This document shows positions 20,526-30,757 of a stretch of 56,702 nucleotides of DNA, one piece after another. Source of the stretch: a virus (lineage: Duplodnaviria > Caudoviricetes); the IMG/VR virus record IMGVR_UViG_3300039668_000004, positions 1 through 56,702 of that record. One strand, 5' to 3'. Numbering within the stretch: position 1 is the first letter of the stretch; every line of letters starts with the position of its first letter. The notes beneath the pieces were generated by a model. It did no database searches. It saw nothing but the letters and a program-made list of their open reading frames with translations, and had not been told where the DNA came from. The translations under genes and the position numbers were made by a program.

Positions 20526-22029
20526 TCTCGGACCTTTCAAACATGGCGTCAGCTGGGCTGACGTTCCAACCAGCGTCATCGCTCCCGTTCAAGCGGACGT
20601 GGGCCTCAACGTGGTGTTCGGTTCAGCGCCGCTGCACTTGAACAAGAACGGCAAATCCTTCATTAACAAACCTCGCATCTATAACCGCTACGAGGATGCA
20701 GTCGCGGAACTCGGTTACTCCGCCGATTGGAATACCTTCGACATTTGCGAGCACATGGACGCGGTGTTCGTGGAGTTTGGCGTTTTCCCTGTGGTTTACA
20801 TCGCGGTCAACGACCCTGAGGCTGGCGCGACGACTCTCGCGCCCAAGCAAGTCACGCTGGTCAATGGTCAAGTGAACACCGACGAGCATCTGATCGCGTG
20901 GACGGTTGAAGTCAAAGACTCCGCTGGCACCATCACGTATGTCGAGGGCGTGGACTATCTGCTGACATACGATGCCGATGGGCACGCGATCATCACACGG
21001 CTCGCAACCGGCACGATTCCGCTGCCTACCAGCACGCTCACACTCGACGGCAAGATCGTGACAGAGACGCCAATCACTTCCGCGGACATCATCGGCGGCA
21101 TTGACCCGCAGACAGGCGCGCGCACCGGCTTGGAGGTCATCGAGGACGTTTTTCAGGCGACCGGAAAAGTGCCTGGCATCCTCATTTGCCCGAAGTTCAG
21201 CAAGGATCCCGTTGTCGCAGCAGCGATGGAAGCGAAGTGCGAAAACATCAACGGCTGCTTCTCTGCGATCTGTCTGATCGACGTGGACACGACCGCCGCA
21301 ACCGGCGTCCAAACGGCGCAGGATGTCAACAACTGGAAAAACGAGAACAACATCGTTTTCCCGCGCCAGCAATGCCTCTTCGGCAAACCTGCGCTGGTCG
21401 GAGCGACACAGACGAAGGTGTTTAACTTCGCATCGCAGCAAGGGCCGCTCATGCAGTGGACGGACGCCTATCGGGGCGACGGTCTGCCGTATAATTCGCC
21501 CTCCAACAAACCGATGCGCATGAACTCGCTGCAGATCGACGATGGAACCGAACTGCCAATGCACTTGCTCGACGCCAACATGCTCAACGGGCAGGGCGTC
21601 ATCACCGCGCTCAATTGGGTCGGCGGCTGGCGTTCGTGGGGCAACCGCACCGCGTGCTTTCCGGCCAACACCGATGTCAAGGATATGTTCATCAGTGTCC
21701 GGCGAATGTTCGACTTCATCGGCAACACGACCGTGCTCACCATCTGGCAGAAGGTTGACGAGCCGGGCAACCGTCGCCTGATCGACGCGGTCGTGAACTC
21801 TCTGCAGCTTTGGCTCGACGGTCTGAGCAACAGCGAGGCGCTGCTTGGCGCGCGCATTGAGTTTCGGCAGGATGAGAACCCGACGACCGAACTGCTCAAC
21901 GGTCATTACACGTTTCACATTTACATCGCGGTGCCGACGCCCGCCGAGTGGATTGACTTCCGCATCGAGTATTGGCTGCCGTATGTCCAGAACCTCTGGG
22001 CCGAAGATCAAAGCACAGCAGCAGCGTAA
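20518..22029 (+). CDS. Contractile tail sheath protein
   Basis: FKHGVS, SPSNK, ANMLNGQGVITA, WGNRTA, ISVRRMFD. Confidence 0.93.
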   Translation: MPNLGPFKHGVSWADVPTSVIAPVQADVGLNVVFGSAPLHLNKNGKSFINKPRIYNRYEDAVAELGYSADWNTFDICEHMDAVFVEFGVFPVVYIAVNDPEAGATTLAPKQVTLVNGQVNTDEHLIAWTVEVKDSAGTITYVEGVDYLLTYDADGHAIITRLATGTIPLPTSTLTLDGKIVTETPITSADIIGGIDPQTGARTGLEVIEDVFQATGKVPGILICPKFSKDPVVAAAMEAKCENINGCFSAICLIDVDTTAATGVQTAQDVNNWKNENNIVFPRQQCLFGKPALVGATQTKVFNFASQQGPLMQWTDAYRGDGLPYNSPSNKPMRMNSLQIDDGTELPMHLLDANMLNGQGVITALNWVGGWRSWGNRTACFPANTDVKDMFISVRRMFDFIGNTTVLTIWQKVDEPGNRRLIDAVVNSLQLWLDGLSNSEALLGARIEFRQDENPTTELLNGHYTFHIYIAVPTPAEWIDFRIEYWLPYVQNLWAEDQSTAAA

Positions 22030-22056
22030 CCCACACACCCACAACAAGGAGGCTTA

Positions 22057-22584
22057 ATGCAAATCCCAAATCACGTAGCAAACTACTCGATCTTCCTCGC
22101 TGGAAAGCGGCTGATCGGGCTGGCAGATGTCGAACTGCCGAACATCCAAAACCTGACCGATTCCCTCAAAGGCAGCGGCATCTTTGGCGAGATCGACATG
22201 CCGGTTCAAGCGCACTTCCAGCCATACAGTGTCAAACTGAAATGGCTGACAATCGTGGACTCCGCGATCTTCGCCACGATTCAGGACGGCGCGCAGCTTG
22301 ACGCATGGGCGGCGCACCAACTGCATGACAGCGGCACCAACCGCATCATTCATCAGGGCTGGCGTTACGTCATGGGCACCGCGCCCAAGGCGTTCAACCT
22401 CGGCAAACTGGAAGTCGGCACCAAAGGCGAAGGCGAGAGCGAATACGAATTGATCAGTCTGCGCGCGCTGCGCAACGATCAGATCATGTTCGAGATCGAC
22501 AAGGAGAACGCGGTCTGCCGCTGGTGGAATGGCATCCAGCTTGTGGACAGCGCGCAGCCAATCCGGCAGTTGATTGGCCTGTAG
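22057..22584 (+). CDS. Tail tube protein (P2 FII-like)
   Basis: GLADVELP..GSGIFGEID..EIDKEN. Confidence 0.88.
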   Translation: MQIPNHVANYSIFLAGKRLIGLADVELPNIQNLTDSLKGSGIFGEIDMPVQAHFQPYSVKLKWLTIVDSAIFATIQDGAQLDAWAAHQLHDSGTNRIIHQGWRYVMGTAPKAFNLGKLEVGTKGEGESEYELISLRALRNDQIMFEIDKENAVCRWWNGIQLVDSAQPIRQLIGL

Positions 22585-22588
22585 GAAG

Positions 22589-22617
22589 TTGCATCGCGTT
22601 TCGGCCTCTCCTATAAG
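22589..22617 (+). promoter_or_regulatory. Putative sigma70-like promoter; transcript would be nearly leaderless
   Basis: TTGCAT-N17-TATAAG; ATG 22624 begins 7 nt after the -10 box. Confidence 0.45.
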
Positions 22618-22623
22618 GGCAGT

Positions 22624-23079
22624 ATGGATCCAACCTTGTTACAAAAATCAAGGCTGCCCGACTCGGAGAGGCCGCACGCCGGCAATCACAACGATCAGGC
22701 AGCAGAGCAGCCCGAAATTGTCGAGCCGCCACAATACCGCGAACTCAACATTGAAGCGCCACAGCCACCACTCCGGCTGCGCATGACGCCTCCGGTTGAG
22801 TATGACGGCCAAAGCTACGGCGAACTCATCCTGGACTTCGACGCCATGATTGGCAAAGACTTCCAGCGCGCGGAGAGAGAGTTCACGCGGCTCTACAAAG
22901 CCGACAAGAACGAAATGCCGCTGCCGGAATTAAAGCACTTGTATCACTGCATCATTGCAGCGCATCTGGCGAACGTGCCGATCGGATTGATTCTCAAGTT
23001 GCCTCGTCGGTATTACACGCCACTGCGAACCGAAGTCCTAAAAGCCTGTGGCAGCTCGCCGGAAGAGGAAAAAGCGTAA
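22624..23079 (+). CDS. Tail assembly chaperone, with probable -1 frameshift extension to 23234
   Basis: PVEYDG..ELILDFD...GKDF motif; GGAAAAA just before the stop; open -1 frame of about 53 codons. Confidence 0.75.
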   Translation: MDPTLLQKSRLPDSERPHAGNHNDQAAEQPEIVEPPQYRELNIEAPQPPLRLRMTPPVEYDGQSYGELILDFDAMIGKDFQRAEREFTRLYKADKNEMPLPELKHLYHCIIAAHLANVPIGLILKLPRRYYTPLRTEVLKACGSSPEEEKA

Positions 23080-23242
23080 CCGATCTCCTGCGCACCATGG
23101 CGGTGCGATTGGCGCGGGCCACGGGGAGCGGCGTCAACTACTGGATGGAGCTGCCTGTTTACGAGGTAGTGCAATGGCTGTTGGAATTGGCAAAGCAACT
23201 TGAGGAGGAACACGAAGCACGGAAAAAAGGGTGACATAACCA

Positions 23243-25372
23243 ATGGGCGGCAAGCGAGAATACACGGCGATCTTCGCCATCGGCGCGAAGCTGATGGGTT
23301 CGTTCCGTGGCGTGTTCGCGCAGGCGCAGTCCCGAATGAAGTCGCTGCAGGCGACCGCGTCTCGCGTCAGCGCATCGGTGAAAAGCATGACTTCGGTGTT
23401 CGCTGGCCTTTTCGCGGGTCTGGCGGCGTTCGGCGCAGCCGAAATCTTCAAGCGCATTTTTACCAACGCGAGCGAGGAAGCGACCGCTGCAGCGCAGCGC
23501 ACGCGGCGCATGACGACCTCGCTGCTGCAACTGACTGACATCGCCAAGAAAGGTCGCGGCTACGCGGAAGATCAGGTGCGGCAGTTGCGCGAGCACAACG
23601 ACCTTCTCGCCAAGCAGCAGGTTTACGGCGAGGAGATTCTTGACGCTGGCATCACGCAAATGGCGGTGTCCGCGATGCCGCCGAAGTATATCGAAAAGGC
23701 AATCGGGCCTCTGACCGATGTGCTGGCGTTGTCGCGCGGCGTGAGTGCCACGCAGGAAGACATGGCTGGGCTGGCCAGCGCGTTCGGGCGCGCAGTCAAG
23801 ACCGGCATGGCGCGACCGCTGCGGGAGTTCGGCATCATCATTTCCAAGCCGGAACAGAAGCTGATCTCGACCATGGCGAAGGCGGGCGACTTCATGGGCG
23901 TTTACAATTTGCTGCTCCGCAAGATCGCCTTCGCGCACGGTGAGGCGGCGCGGCTCATGGCCACGCCAGGCGGAAGAATCAAGCTGCTGCAGAACGACAT
24001 GGATGCGATGTCGAAACGGCTCGGCTTCATGATGAAGCCAGCACAAGCAGCGATGGCCGACTTCTGGCGCGCTGTGCTGCCCTCTGCCGAGCGCGCATTG
24101 ACCTCGCTGATCAAAGCGTTCGGGCGCACATTCTCGCGCTTCGGCATCCAGACAAAGTCGCTGCAGGAAATCGTGATCGGCTTCTTCGACTGGATTACCG
24201 ATCACTCTGACGCGGTCGTGACTTCCATCGAGGCAATCGCGGCTGCGCTTGGCGCGCTGATCTTGCTGTCTGCAGGCGGCACTTACATCAACGTCATTCT
24301 CGCGGGAGGCGCAGCGGGCGCGCTGGTCGAACTGACCACGCGCTACAAAAACTTTCAGGACCTCCTTGAGAAAAGACCGGGCACAATCGTCGATCCTGCG
24401 CAGTTCCAAACTCACTGGTATCTGCTCGGCCATACGTGGTCGGAAGCGAGCGCGGCGTGGGATAGTTTCTGCAACGATTTTGTCGCTGGCCTTGAACGCA
24501 TCGGCGGGTGGATTACGAAATTGAAAGAAATGTGGGACGGGTTTGTCAACGCAATCAAGACGTTCAGCCCGCCCGCATGGTGGACAACGTTCTGGGACAA
24601 GCAGGGCGAAGCCGCCAAGAACAATCCAGCAGCAGCAGCAGCAGCGAGAGAGCAGGCTGCAGGCGCTGCAGCGGACGCTGACAGGCTCAAAGCGATGCAG
24701 GCGGCATGGACAGCGGCAGGCGGCAACAAAGCGACTGGCGCGGCTGCAGCAGCGATTCCGCTGCCCTCTGGCGTCACTCCGGTCTTCGGGCCGCAAACCT
24801 TTGTGCCGCCGCAAGCGCCGATGTTCCTGCGAGCGCCAGAGACCGCAGTGACCGCGCCGTGGATGGAAGCCGCGCACAATGTGATGTCGGCAGGCGAGCG
24901 CGCGTTTACTCCGTGGCGTGAAGCGGCGACCTCGATCAGAAAGGACGCGAGCAGTTCAATTCCGAGCGCACTCAGCCAGACCGGCGACGCGATCAAAAAC
25001 TTTGTGATGCGCCCGATTCAAGATGTCATCCAGACGTGGACGACTTTGCAGACGCTGATGGGCACGCCGCTGGCGATTCCAATGACCGTGCCAGCGACGC
25101 CTTCGGGTGTGCCAATGGCGTTGCCTCCTACTGATAGCGGCGTCGATCTCCCGCCGATCTCGCCGCCTGCGCCAACGACCGCGCCGGACAAGTCGGCGTC
25201 TGCAACCACCGTCCACTTCGCGCCGAACATCACCATCCACGGCAACGCCACTGAGGATGAACAGCGCGCCATGGACTCCAAGCTGCGCGACCTCTCGCGT
25301 GACTTCGTAGCGCAGTTCAACAAAGCGCAGACAGAGGAACGGCGGCTCAGCTACGAGGGCGGCTATGGTTGA
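23243..25372 (+). CDS. Tape measure protein
   Basis: 709 aa, Ala-rich helical; C-terminal VHFAPNITIHG..RRLSY; canonical position. Confidence 0.85.
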   Translation: MGGKREYTAIFAIGAKLMGSFRGVFAQAQSRMKSLQATASRVSASVKSMTSVFAGLFAGLAAFGAAEIFKRIFTNASEEATAAAQRTRRMTTSLLQLTDIAKKGRGYAEDQVRQLREHNDLLAKQQVYGEEILDAGITQMAVSAMPPKYIEKAIGPLTDVLALSRGVSATQEDMAGLASAFGRAVKTGMARPLREFGIIISKPEQKLISTMAKAGDFMGVYNLLLRKIAFAHGEAARLMATPGGRIKLLQNDMDAMSKRLGFMMKPAQAAMADFWRAVLPSAERALTSLIKAFGRTFSRFGIQTKSLQEIVIGFFDWITDHSDAVVTSIEAIAAALGALILLSAGGTYINVILAGGAAGALVELTTRYKNFQDLLEKRPGTIVDPAQFQTHWYLLGHTWSEASAAWDSFCNDFVAGLERIGGWITKLKEMWDGFVNAIKTFSPPAWWTTFWDKQGEAAKNNPAAAAAAREQAAGAAADADRLKAMQAAWTAAGGNKATGAAAAAIPLPSGVTPVFGPQTFVPPQAPMFLRAPETAVTAPWMEAAHNVMSAGERAFTPWREAATSIRKDASSSIPSALSQTGDAIKNFVMRPIQDVIQTWTTLQTLMGTPLAIPMTVPATPSGVPMALPPTDSGVDLPPISPPAPTTAPDKSASATTVHFAPNITIHGNATEDEQRAMDSKLRDLSRDFVAQFNKAQTEERRLSYEGGYG

Positions 25373-25697
25373 AGGCAAGGCACCGATCATTGAAGGAGGG
25401 CCGGAACCTGCGCCGCAGCCGCCGCAGGAAATTCCGCCTGGATATCCCGCGCCGGAGAAAGTCGGGCGCATTTACGTTTCGACTCAGGGCGATTGGTGGG
25501 ACCTGATCGCCATGCGCGTTTATGGAATGAAGCGCGGCAACGAACACCTCATGTATCGGTTACTCGAGGCGAATTATTCGCTGCGCGAAGTGTCCAATTT
25601 TCCAGCGGGCGTGCCAGTGATTGTGCCAACCGTGGACGTGGCGACCGAGATTCCGCTGGTGCCGTGGACAAGCGCGACTTTTATCCCTGCGCCATGA
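25365..25697 (+). CDS. Tail protein X (P2 gpX, LysM-like)
   Basis: YVSTQGDWWDLIAMRVYG..LLEAN..FPAGV..VPW. Confidence 0.88.
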   Translation: MVEGKAPIIEGGPEPAPQPPQEIPPGYPAPEKVGRIYVSTQGDWWDLIAMRVYGMKRGNEHLMYRLLEANYSLREVSNFPAGVPVIVPTVDVATEIPLVPWTSATFIPAP

Positions 25698-26842
25698 TCA
25701 CGCAAGCCAGAGCAGCGCGCCCCGCGATCACGATGCAGGGCAAGGATTACTATCAATCGCTCGCGCCGTATTTTCTCTCTCTGGAATACAGCGACAACTG
25801 TGACGGCAAAAAGGCTGACGACCTCCATATCAAACTCGCTGATCGCGACCGCCGCTTTATCAACGATTGGATGCCGAAAAAAGGCGCGTTCCTCGACGTG
25901 TCAATCATCGTGGAGCGATGGTTTGCGCCGTATGCGTCAGGGCTGTCACTGGATTGCGGCCGCTTCTGGATTGACTCAGTCGATTACTCGCTGCCAGACC
26001 ATACGGTGTCGGTCAAAGGCACCTCGATTCCAACGGGCGTGCGGCTCAAAGCGAGCACAGCCACGCGCGGGTGGGAGAAGGCGAACCTGAAAGACATCGC
26101 CTCGCAGATCGCAACCGAGAGCAAAATGTCTGTGGACTATCAGAGCGACGTAAACCCGCGCTACCTGCGCACAGAGCAGCATGAGGAAAGTCCGCTGGCG
26201 TTCCTCAAAAAGCGCGCCAACAACGCCAAGCTGGCGATCAAGGTTCATCGCAACAAAATCGTGATCTTCGATGAACAAAAACTGGAAGCAGCCGCGCCGA
26301 AGTTCGCGCTGCTCTACGGCGACACCGCGCCACAAGCGGGAATGGCCGCGTATCGCATGACCGGTGGCAGCTTCACTACGAAGGTCAATGACACCGCCAG
26401 CAAAACCAAAGTGAGCCACACCGAAGTGGAAAGCGGCAATGTGAAAAGCGGCGAGTGGAAAACCGAAGGCGACAGCGGCAGCGGCAGCGGTTCAAGCGAT
26501 GACGATGAGGGTGGCGACCATCAGAGCAACGAGGACGGCGACGATGACGAGGGCGCGAGCACCGAAGCACAAGGCCGCGAACTCGCTGGCGACTGGAACA
26601 CGGGCGACAGCGCGGGCGCAACGACCATGGCGAAAGCGAAGGCGCGGGATAAGAACAAGAAAAAAGATCAAGCCAAAGTGGAACTCTCCATTGGCAACCC
26701 GCTGATCGCTGCAGGCATGACATTCAATTTGGTCGGCGTCGGGCAATTCGATGGGAAATGGTTTATCGAAAGCGCGCAGCATAGCGTCGGGCCGGAGTAT
26801 AAAACGTCTCTCGGAATCCGTCGCTGTCTGCAAGGCTACTGA
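25694..26842 (+). CDS. Baseplate hub / late control protein D
   Basis: YSDNCDGKKADDL, CGRFWID, GNPLIAAG..G.GQFDGKWFI. Confidence 0.88.
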   Translation: MITQARAARPAITMQGKDYYQSLAPYFLSLEYSDNCDGKKADDLHIKLADRDRRFINDWMPKKGAFLDVSIIVERWFAPYASGLSLDCGRFWIDSVDYSLPDHTVSVKGTSIPTGVRLKASTATRGWEKANLKDIASQIATESKMSVDYQSDVNPRYLRTEQHEESPLAFLKKRANNAKLAIKVHRNKIVIFDEQKLEAAAPKFALLYGDTAPQAGMAAYRMTGGSFTTKVNDTASKTKVSHTEVESGNVKSGEWKTEGDSGSGSGSSDDDEGGDHQSNEDGDDDEGASTEAQGRELAGDWNTGDSAGATTMAKAKARDKNKKKDQAKVELSIGNPLIAAGMTFNLVGVGQFDGKWFIESAQHSVGPEYKTSLGIRRCLQGY

Positions 26843-26846
26843 CACA

Positions 26847-27617
26847 ATGAGCGAAAAGAATCTTCTCTCCGACACCGACTACACGAAAGGTTGGGACAAT
26901 CGGTTTGGCGTGTCGGTTGCGGTCGGGCGCGTGAGCAAGATCGAAGTGACCGACAAGCAGGCGAACGTGCGCGTGATCTTTCCTGATCGCCTCGATCATG
27001 ACGACCAGCCGCTGATCAGCAAACCGATTCCAGTCCTGCAGGTCGCGTCCCAATCCAAAAAGAGTTTCGCCATACCGCGGCTCAACACCAACGTCCTCTG
27101 CGTCAAGCTGCCGAATGGCACGAGCAATTACGTTGTGCTCGGCGGCTTTTATACCACGAACGACCCGCCTCCGGTGTCTGACCCGATGCTGGATTACGTC
27201 GAATATGATGACGGCTCGACGATGCAATTCGACGCGAGCACCGGCGAACTGACTTGGAAGATCAAAGGCGATCTGCTGCTGGATAACGGCAAGGACTTCA
27301 CGATCAAGCAGCAGGGCGACTTCAACGTGGAGGCGCAAGGCAACGTAGCGATGAAGGCGCAGGGTGACATGGACGTTGAGGCGTCGGGCGACCTCGTCAT
27401 AAAAGGCGGCACGATCAAGCTGCAAGGGCCATTGACGATAGAGGGCGACATCACGCACACTGGCAACATGCACACCAGCGGCGTTCATCAGGACTCGAAC
27501 GGTTTTCATCAGAGCGGCGCGCGCGAGGACTTGGAGCGGCGCGTCGCTGCGCTGGAAGCAACGGTCAGCGCGCTTCAAGCGACAGTCGCCGCGCTGGACA
27601 AAAGGAGCTTATCTTGA
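26847..27617 (+). CDS. Baseplate spike protein (gpV)
   Basis: VGRVS..VRVIFPD OB-fold-like N-terminus, beta-helix repeats and HQD apex motif. Confidence 0.85.
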   Translation: MSEKNLLSDTDYTKGWDNRFGVSVAVGRVSKIEVTDKQANVRVIFPDRLDHDDQPLISKPIPVLQVASQSKKSFAIPRLNTNVLCVKLPNGTSNYVVLGGFYTTNDPPPVSDPMLDYVEYDDGSTMQFDASTGELTWKIKGDLLLDNGKDFTIKQQGDFNVEAQGNVAMKAQGDMDVEASGDLVIKGGTIKLQGPLTIEGDITHTGNMHTSGVHQDSNGFHQSGAREDLERRVAALEATVSALQATVAALDKRSLS

Positions 27618-27631
27618 ATTCATGATAAGCT
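27606..27631. repeat. 26-bp palindrome, copy 3 (opposite orientation)
   Basis: AGCTTATCTTGAATTCATGATAAGCT; supplies the TGA stop of gpV. Confidence 0.95.
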
Positions 27632-27639
27632 GAACCACC

Positions 27640-28113
27640 ATGGTAGAAGGCATTTACGGCGCAATCATCTTTGGTCGGCTACAAGGTCGAATCCACACCT
27701 TTAACGATCTCACGCGCAAGTATTCGGGCCGCTATTCCTCGCACATGGTTCATCTGCGCAAGCCGTTGCTGGAATGGGCGGGCAACGATCTGCTGGAAAT
27801 AGAAATGAAGATCGGGCTGAACGCCGCATGGTGTGGCGACCCGCTGCCGATCTTGGCGCAATGGCATCTGTTTCACGAAAACGCGCTCGCTGCTCCGCTC
27901 GTCGTCGGCGGCAAGCCGATGGGGCCTGGCCTATCCCTTTTCGTCATCACCGACCTCAATGAAGTTCACAAGCACTGGCTCGCAGGCGGCAAACTGATCG
28001 CAGTCGAGTTAAGCGTCACGTTCAAGGAATACATTCCGTTCACCGAAGGGCTGCTGTCGCAGTTTGGGATACCTGGCTTCGCGCAAAGCTTCTTCGGCTC
28101 AGGAGCGATCTAA
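27640..28113 (+). CDS. P2 gpU-like tail protein
   Basis: G.YG.IIF..KPLLEWAG..LVVGGK..SVTFKEY. Confidence 0.8.
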   Translation: MVEGIYGAIIFGRLQGRIHTFNDLTRKYSGRYSSHMVHLRKPLLEWAGNDLLEIEMKIGLNAAWCGDPLPILAQWHLFHENALAAPLVVGGKPMGPGLSLFVITDLNEVHKHWLAGGKLIAVELSVTFKEYIPFTEGLLSQFGIPGFAQSFFGSGAI

Positions 28114-28116
28114 ACC

Positions 28117-28887
28117 ATGTTGCCACAAATCAGCACCAACCCGCCGCCAGCCGTGCAGCAGCGCGACACCTTTCCGGGCTACGGCGAGACCGCTGACCTC
28201 GGTGTCAATTGGCGCATCAAGTTCGCGGACGCTGACGGCATCCCGTTGAACATGCTCAGCTTCGAGGAGATCGACTTTGGCGCCATCAGCTACAAGGAGA
28301 TTTTTCAGAACGTCAAAACCATCCTCGCGACGCCGCTCTACAGCGCAGCCTTGGAACGGCTGCTTGGCGTCGATCAAACCATTGTGGACCTGCCGATTGA
28401 TCAGGCCGCGCAGGCGACAGTGGCAATCCTCGATGCGATCTACTTTTGGGAACCGCGCGCGGAGGTCGTGAACATTCGCTTCGGCGGCGACGTGATTGGC
28501 GCACATTTGATCTGCAGCGTGCAGTTGAAGATCAACAACGTTCTCTACGGCACCGACACTCCCTACGATAAGAACAACATTTTTCAGACGCCGACGCGCG
28601 TGAATCAAACTCTGCCGCCGACGATTGGGACGCCTCCGGTGACACCACCGAGTGACGGCGGCACGCAAGGGCCAGCAGGGCCGCAAGGGCCAGCGGGGCC
28701 GACAGGGCCGACAGGGCAGCAGGGCGACAGAGGCAGTCTGTGGTTCACTGGCGCGACTGACCCGATTATCAATCTGGCAGGCGTCAAAGCGCAGGACATG
28801 TATCTGAACACAACAACCGCCGCGATCTTCCAGTTCGACGGCACAACGTGGAGGATGATCTTCAATGGCGTGGAATCCAAAAGGTAA
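28117..28887 (+). CDS. Baseplate wedge gpW/gp25-like protein with C-terminal collagen-like repeat
   Basis: [22 protein letters not shown]; GPAGPQ repeats. Confidence 0.8.
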   Translation: MLPQISTNPPPAVQQRDTFPGYGETADLGVNWRIKFADADGIPLNMLSFEEIDFGAISYKEIFQNVKTILATPLYSAALERLLGVDQTIVDLPIDQAAQATVAILDAIYFWEPRAEVVNIRFGGDVIGAHLICSVQLKINNVLYGTDTPYDKNNIFQTPTRVNQTLPPTIGTPPVTPPSDGGTQGPAGPQGPAGPTGPTGQQGDRGSLWFTGATDPIINLAGVKAQDMYLNTTTAAIFQFDGTTWRMIFNGVESKR

Positions 28888-29191
28888 CATCAAAGGGCCA
28901 GTCGGCTCGCAAGGTCCGCAAGGGCCAACTGGCAACACCGGTCCGCAAGGAGCGCAGGGAGCGGCAGGGCCACAAGGGCCTCAGGGAGCAGCAGGGCCGC
29001 AAGGGCCAACCGGCGCGACAGGGCAACAAGGGACGCGCGGCAGCCAATGGTTCACGGGCACCGGCGTTCCGTCTGACACCGCGCCAGGTGTCCAGCAAGG
29101 CGACATGTATCTGAACACCACCACTGGCGACGTTTACCAATTCACCGGCACTACGCGCGGCTGGAAGCCAGTGATGGAGGGAGCGGAGTAA
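28865..29191 (+). CDS. Collagen-like fibre protein
   Basis: (G-X-Y)n followed by [22 protein letters not shown]. Confidence 0.8.
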   Translation: MAWNPKGNIKGPVGSQGPQGPTGNTGPQGAQGAAGPQGPQGAAGPQGPTGATGQQGTRGSQWFTGTGVPSDTAPGVQQGDMYLNTTTGDVYQFTGTTRGWKPVMEGAE

Positions 29192-29856
29192 TGTCTTGGG
29201 GCAAGATCGCCAACATTAAAGGGCCGAAAGGCGACACCGGCAACACCGGAGCGCAAGGGCCAGTTGGCGCGACAGGCCCGCAGGGTGCGACCGGCGCGCA
29301 GGGAGCGAAAGGCGACACCGGCAACACAGGGCCGCAAGGCCCGATTGGCAACACAGGGCCGCAGGGAGTAGCAGGGCCGCAAGGAGTAGCAGGGCCGCAG
29401 GGGCCGCAAGGCGCAGCCGCTCCGAGCGCGACGACCGCGCAGTTGGCGGGCGGCAATCCTACCGGCTCGACCAGCACGACCGGCGTGATGATGGGACTCG
29501 GTCGGTCGCCTGGACTGTTTGTCATCACCCCAACCGCGAGCGGAAAAGTCTTCTTCGTCATCACCGGTTCGATCAACAACAACACGGCGGGCAGCGGCGC
29601 AATCGCGGCGGCCTATTACGGCACTGGAATTGCGCCGGCGAATGGAGGCGCTATCGCAGGGACGCCGATAGGCGGCGCGGCGTTTCGCATCGGTGGCGGC
29701 TGGGCTGCAGCAGCAGCCACTCCGTTCACTTGCGCAGGAGTGATCACTGGACTAACGGCGGGCACGCAGATTTGGATTGATCTAAGTCTGGCGATCTCAG
29801 GTTCCGGCACAGCGACGATTACCAATGCTGCCCTGTCAGCGTTTACTCTCCCGTGA
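29191..29856 (+). CDS. Collagen-like fibre protein with C-terminal beta head
   Basis: More than 20 G-X-Y triplets, then a beta-rich domain. Confidence 0.8.
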   Translation: MSWGKIANIKGPKGDTGNTGAQGPVGATGPQGATGAQGAKGDTGNTGPQGPIGNTGPQGVAGPQGVAGPQGPQGAAAPSATTAQLAGGNPTGSTSTTGVMMGLGRSPGLFVITPTASGKVFFVITGSINNNTAGSGAIAAAYYGTGIAPANGGAIAGTPIGGAAFRIGGGWAAAAATPFTCAGVITGLTAGTQIWIDLSLAISGSGTATITNAALSAFTLP

Positions 29857-30122
29857 AAGACGAGCCATGGAAAGTTTTTCTGAACTGGGGCGCAGTCATC
29901 ATGTTCTTTTCGATGCCGCTGATCGTCATGGTGCTACAAATCTGCGCCCTGATGTTTCCACACTGGCTGTCGAAGGATTTGCCGCAGGCGGAGTTCAAAT
30001 ATCTTTACGAGTTTCAGCGCGCGCTTGCCATACTGGTGTTTGGCCTGTCAGGTTTGCGCACGTGGGAAGTCGTGCATGAGAAGAAAAACGGACATCACAA
30101 ACCAAAGGAGAAAACGGAATGA
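29853..30122 (+). CDS. Putative holin
   Basis: Two hydrophobic segments, GLSGLRTWE motif and charged C-terminus; directly upstream of the amidase. Confidence 0.7.
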   Translation: MKDEPWKVFLNWGAVIMFFSMPLIVMVLQICALMFPHWLSKDLPQAEFKYLYEFQRALAILVFGLSGLRTWEVVHEKKNGHHKPKEKTE

Positions 30123-30745
30123 ATATCGCAATCAGCAGTGGACACGGTAAGATCGTCAGAGGCGCAGAAGGCTACCTCGACGAAGTCGATGAAGCGCGGC
30201 GGGTGGTCAATGCAGTGGCGGCGATCTTCGACCGCGAAGGTCACAGCGCGAAGGCGTTTCACGACGATGTCAGCACCTCGCAAAACGAGAACCTGAATCG
30301 CATCGTTGACTTTCACAATGCGCAGCAGCGCGAACTCGATGTCAGCGTTCACTTCAACGCCTACAACACGACCGCCTCGCCAATGGGAACCGAGTGCCTG
30401 TTCGTGACTCAGCAGGAACTGGCAGGCAAGATCGCCAAAGCCATTTCGCAGGAAGGCAGGCTGATCAATCGCGGCCCGAAAAAGCGCGACGATTTGTTTT
30501 TCCTCAACAACACCGACGAACCGGCTGTGCTGATCGAGGTCTGTTTCGTGGATTCAAAGGCTGACGCCGACCTTTACGAGCAGCACTTCGACGCGATCTG
30601 CTCAGCGATCTACACCGCGCTCACTGGCTACGAAGTGTCTGCCGAGCCGAAGCCGCCGCCGACAACCACAGAGCCGCCGCCAGCGCAGCAAGTGACGGTC
30701 ACGATCAGCGTCGAGCCTAAAGACGTGAAGGTGATCATCAAGTAA
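30119..30745 (+). CDS. Endolysin, N-acetylmuramoyl-L-alanine amidase (Amidase_3)
   Basis: SSGHG..E, VSVHFNA, PAVLIEVCFVDS. Confidence 0.92.
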   Translation: MNIAISSGHGKIVRGAEGYLDEVDEARRVVNAVAAIFDREGHSAKAFHDDVSTSQNENLNRIVDFHNAQQRELDVSVHFNAYNTTASPMGTECLFVTQQELAGKIAKAISQEGRLINRGPKKRDDLFFLNNTDEPAVLIEVCFVDSKADADLYEQHFDAICSAIYTALTGYEVSAEPKPPPTTTEPPPAQQVTVTISVEPKDVKVIIK

Positions 30746-30757
30746 AACGAGGCCACA

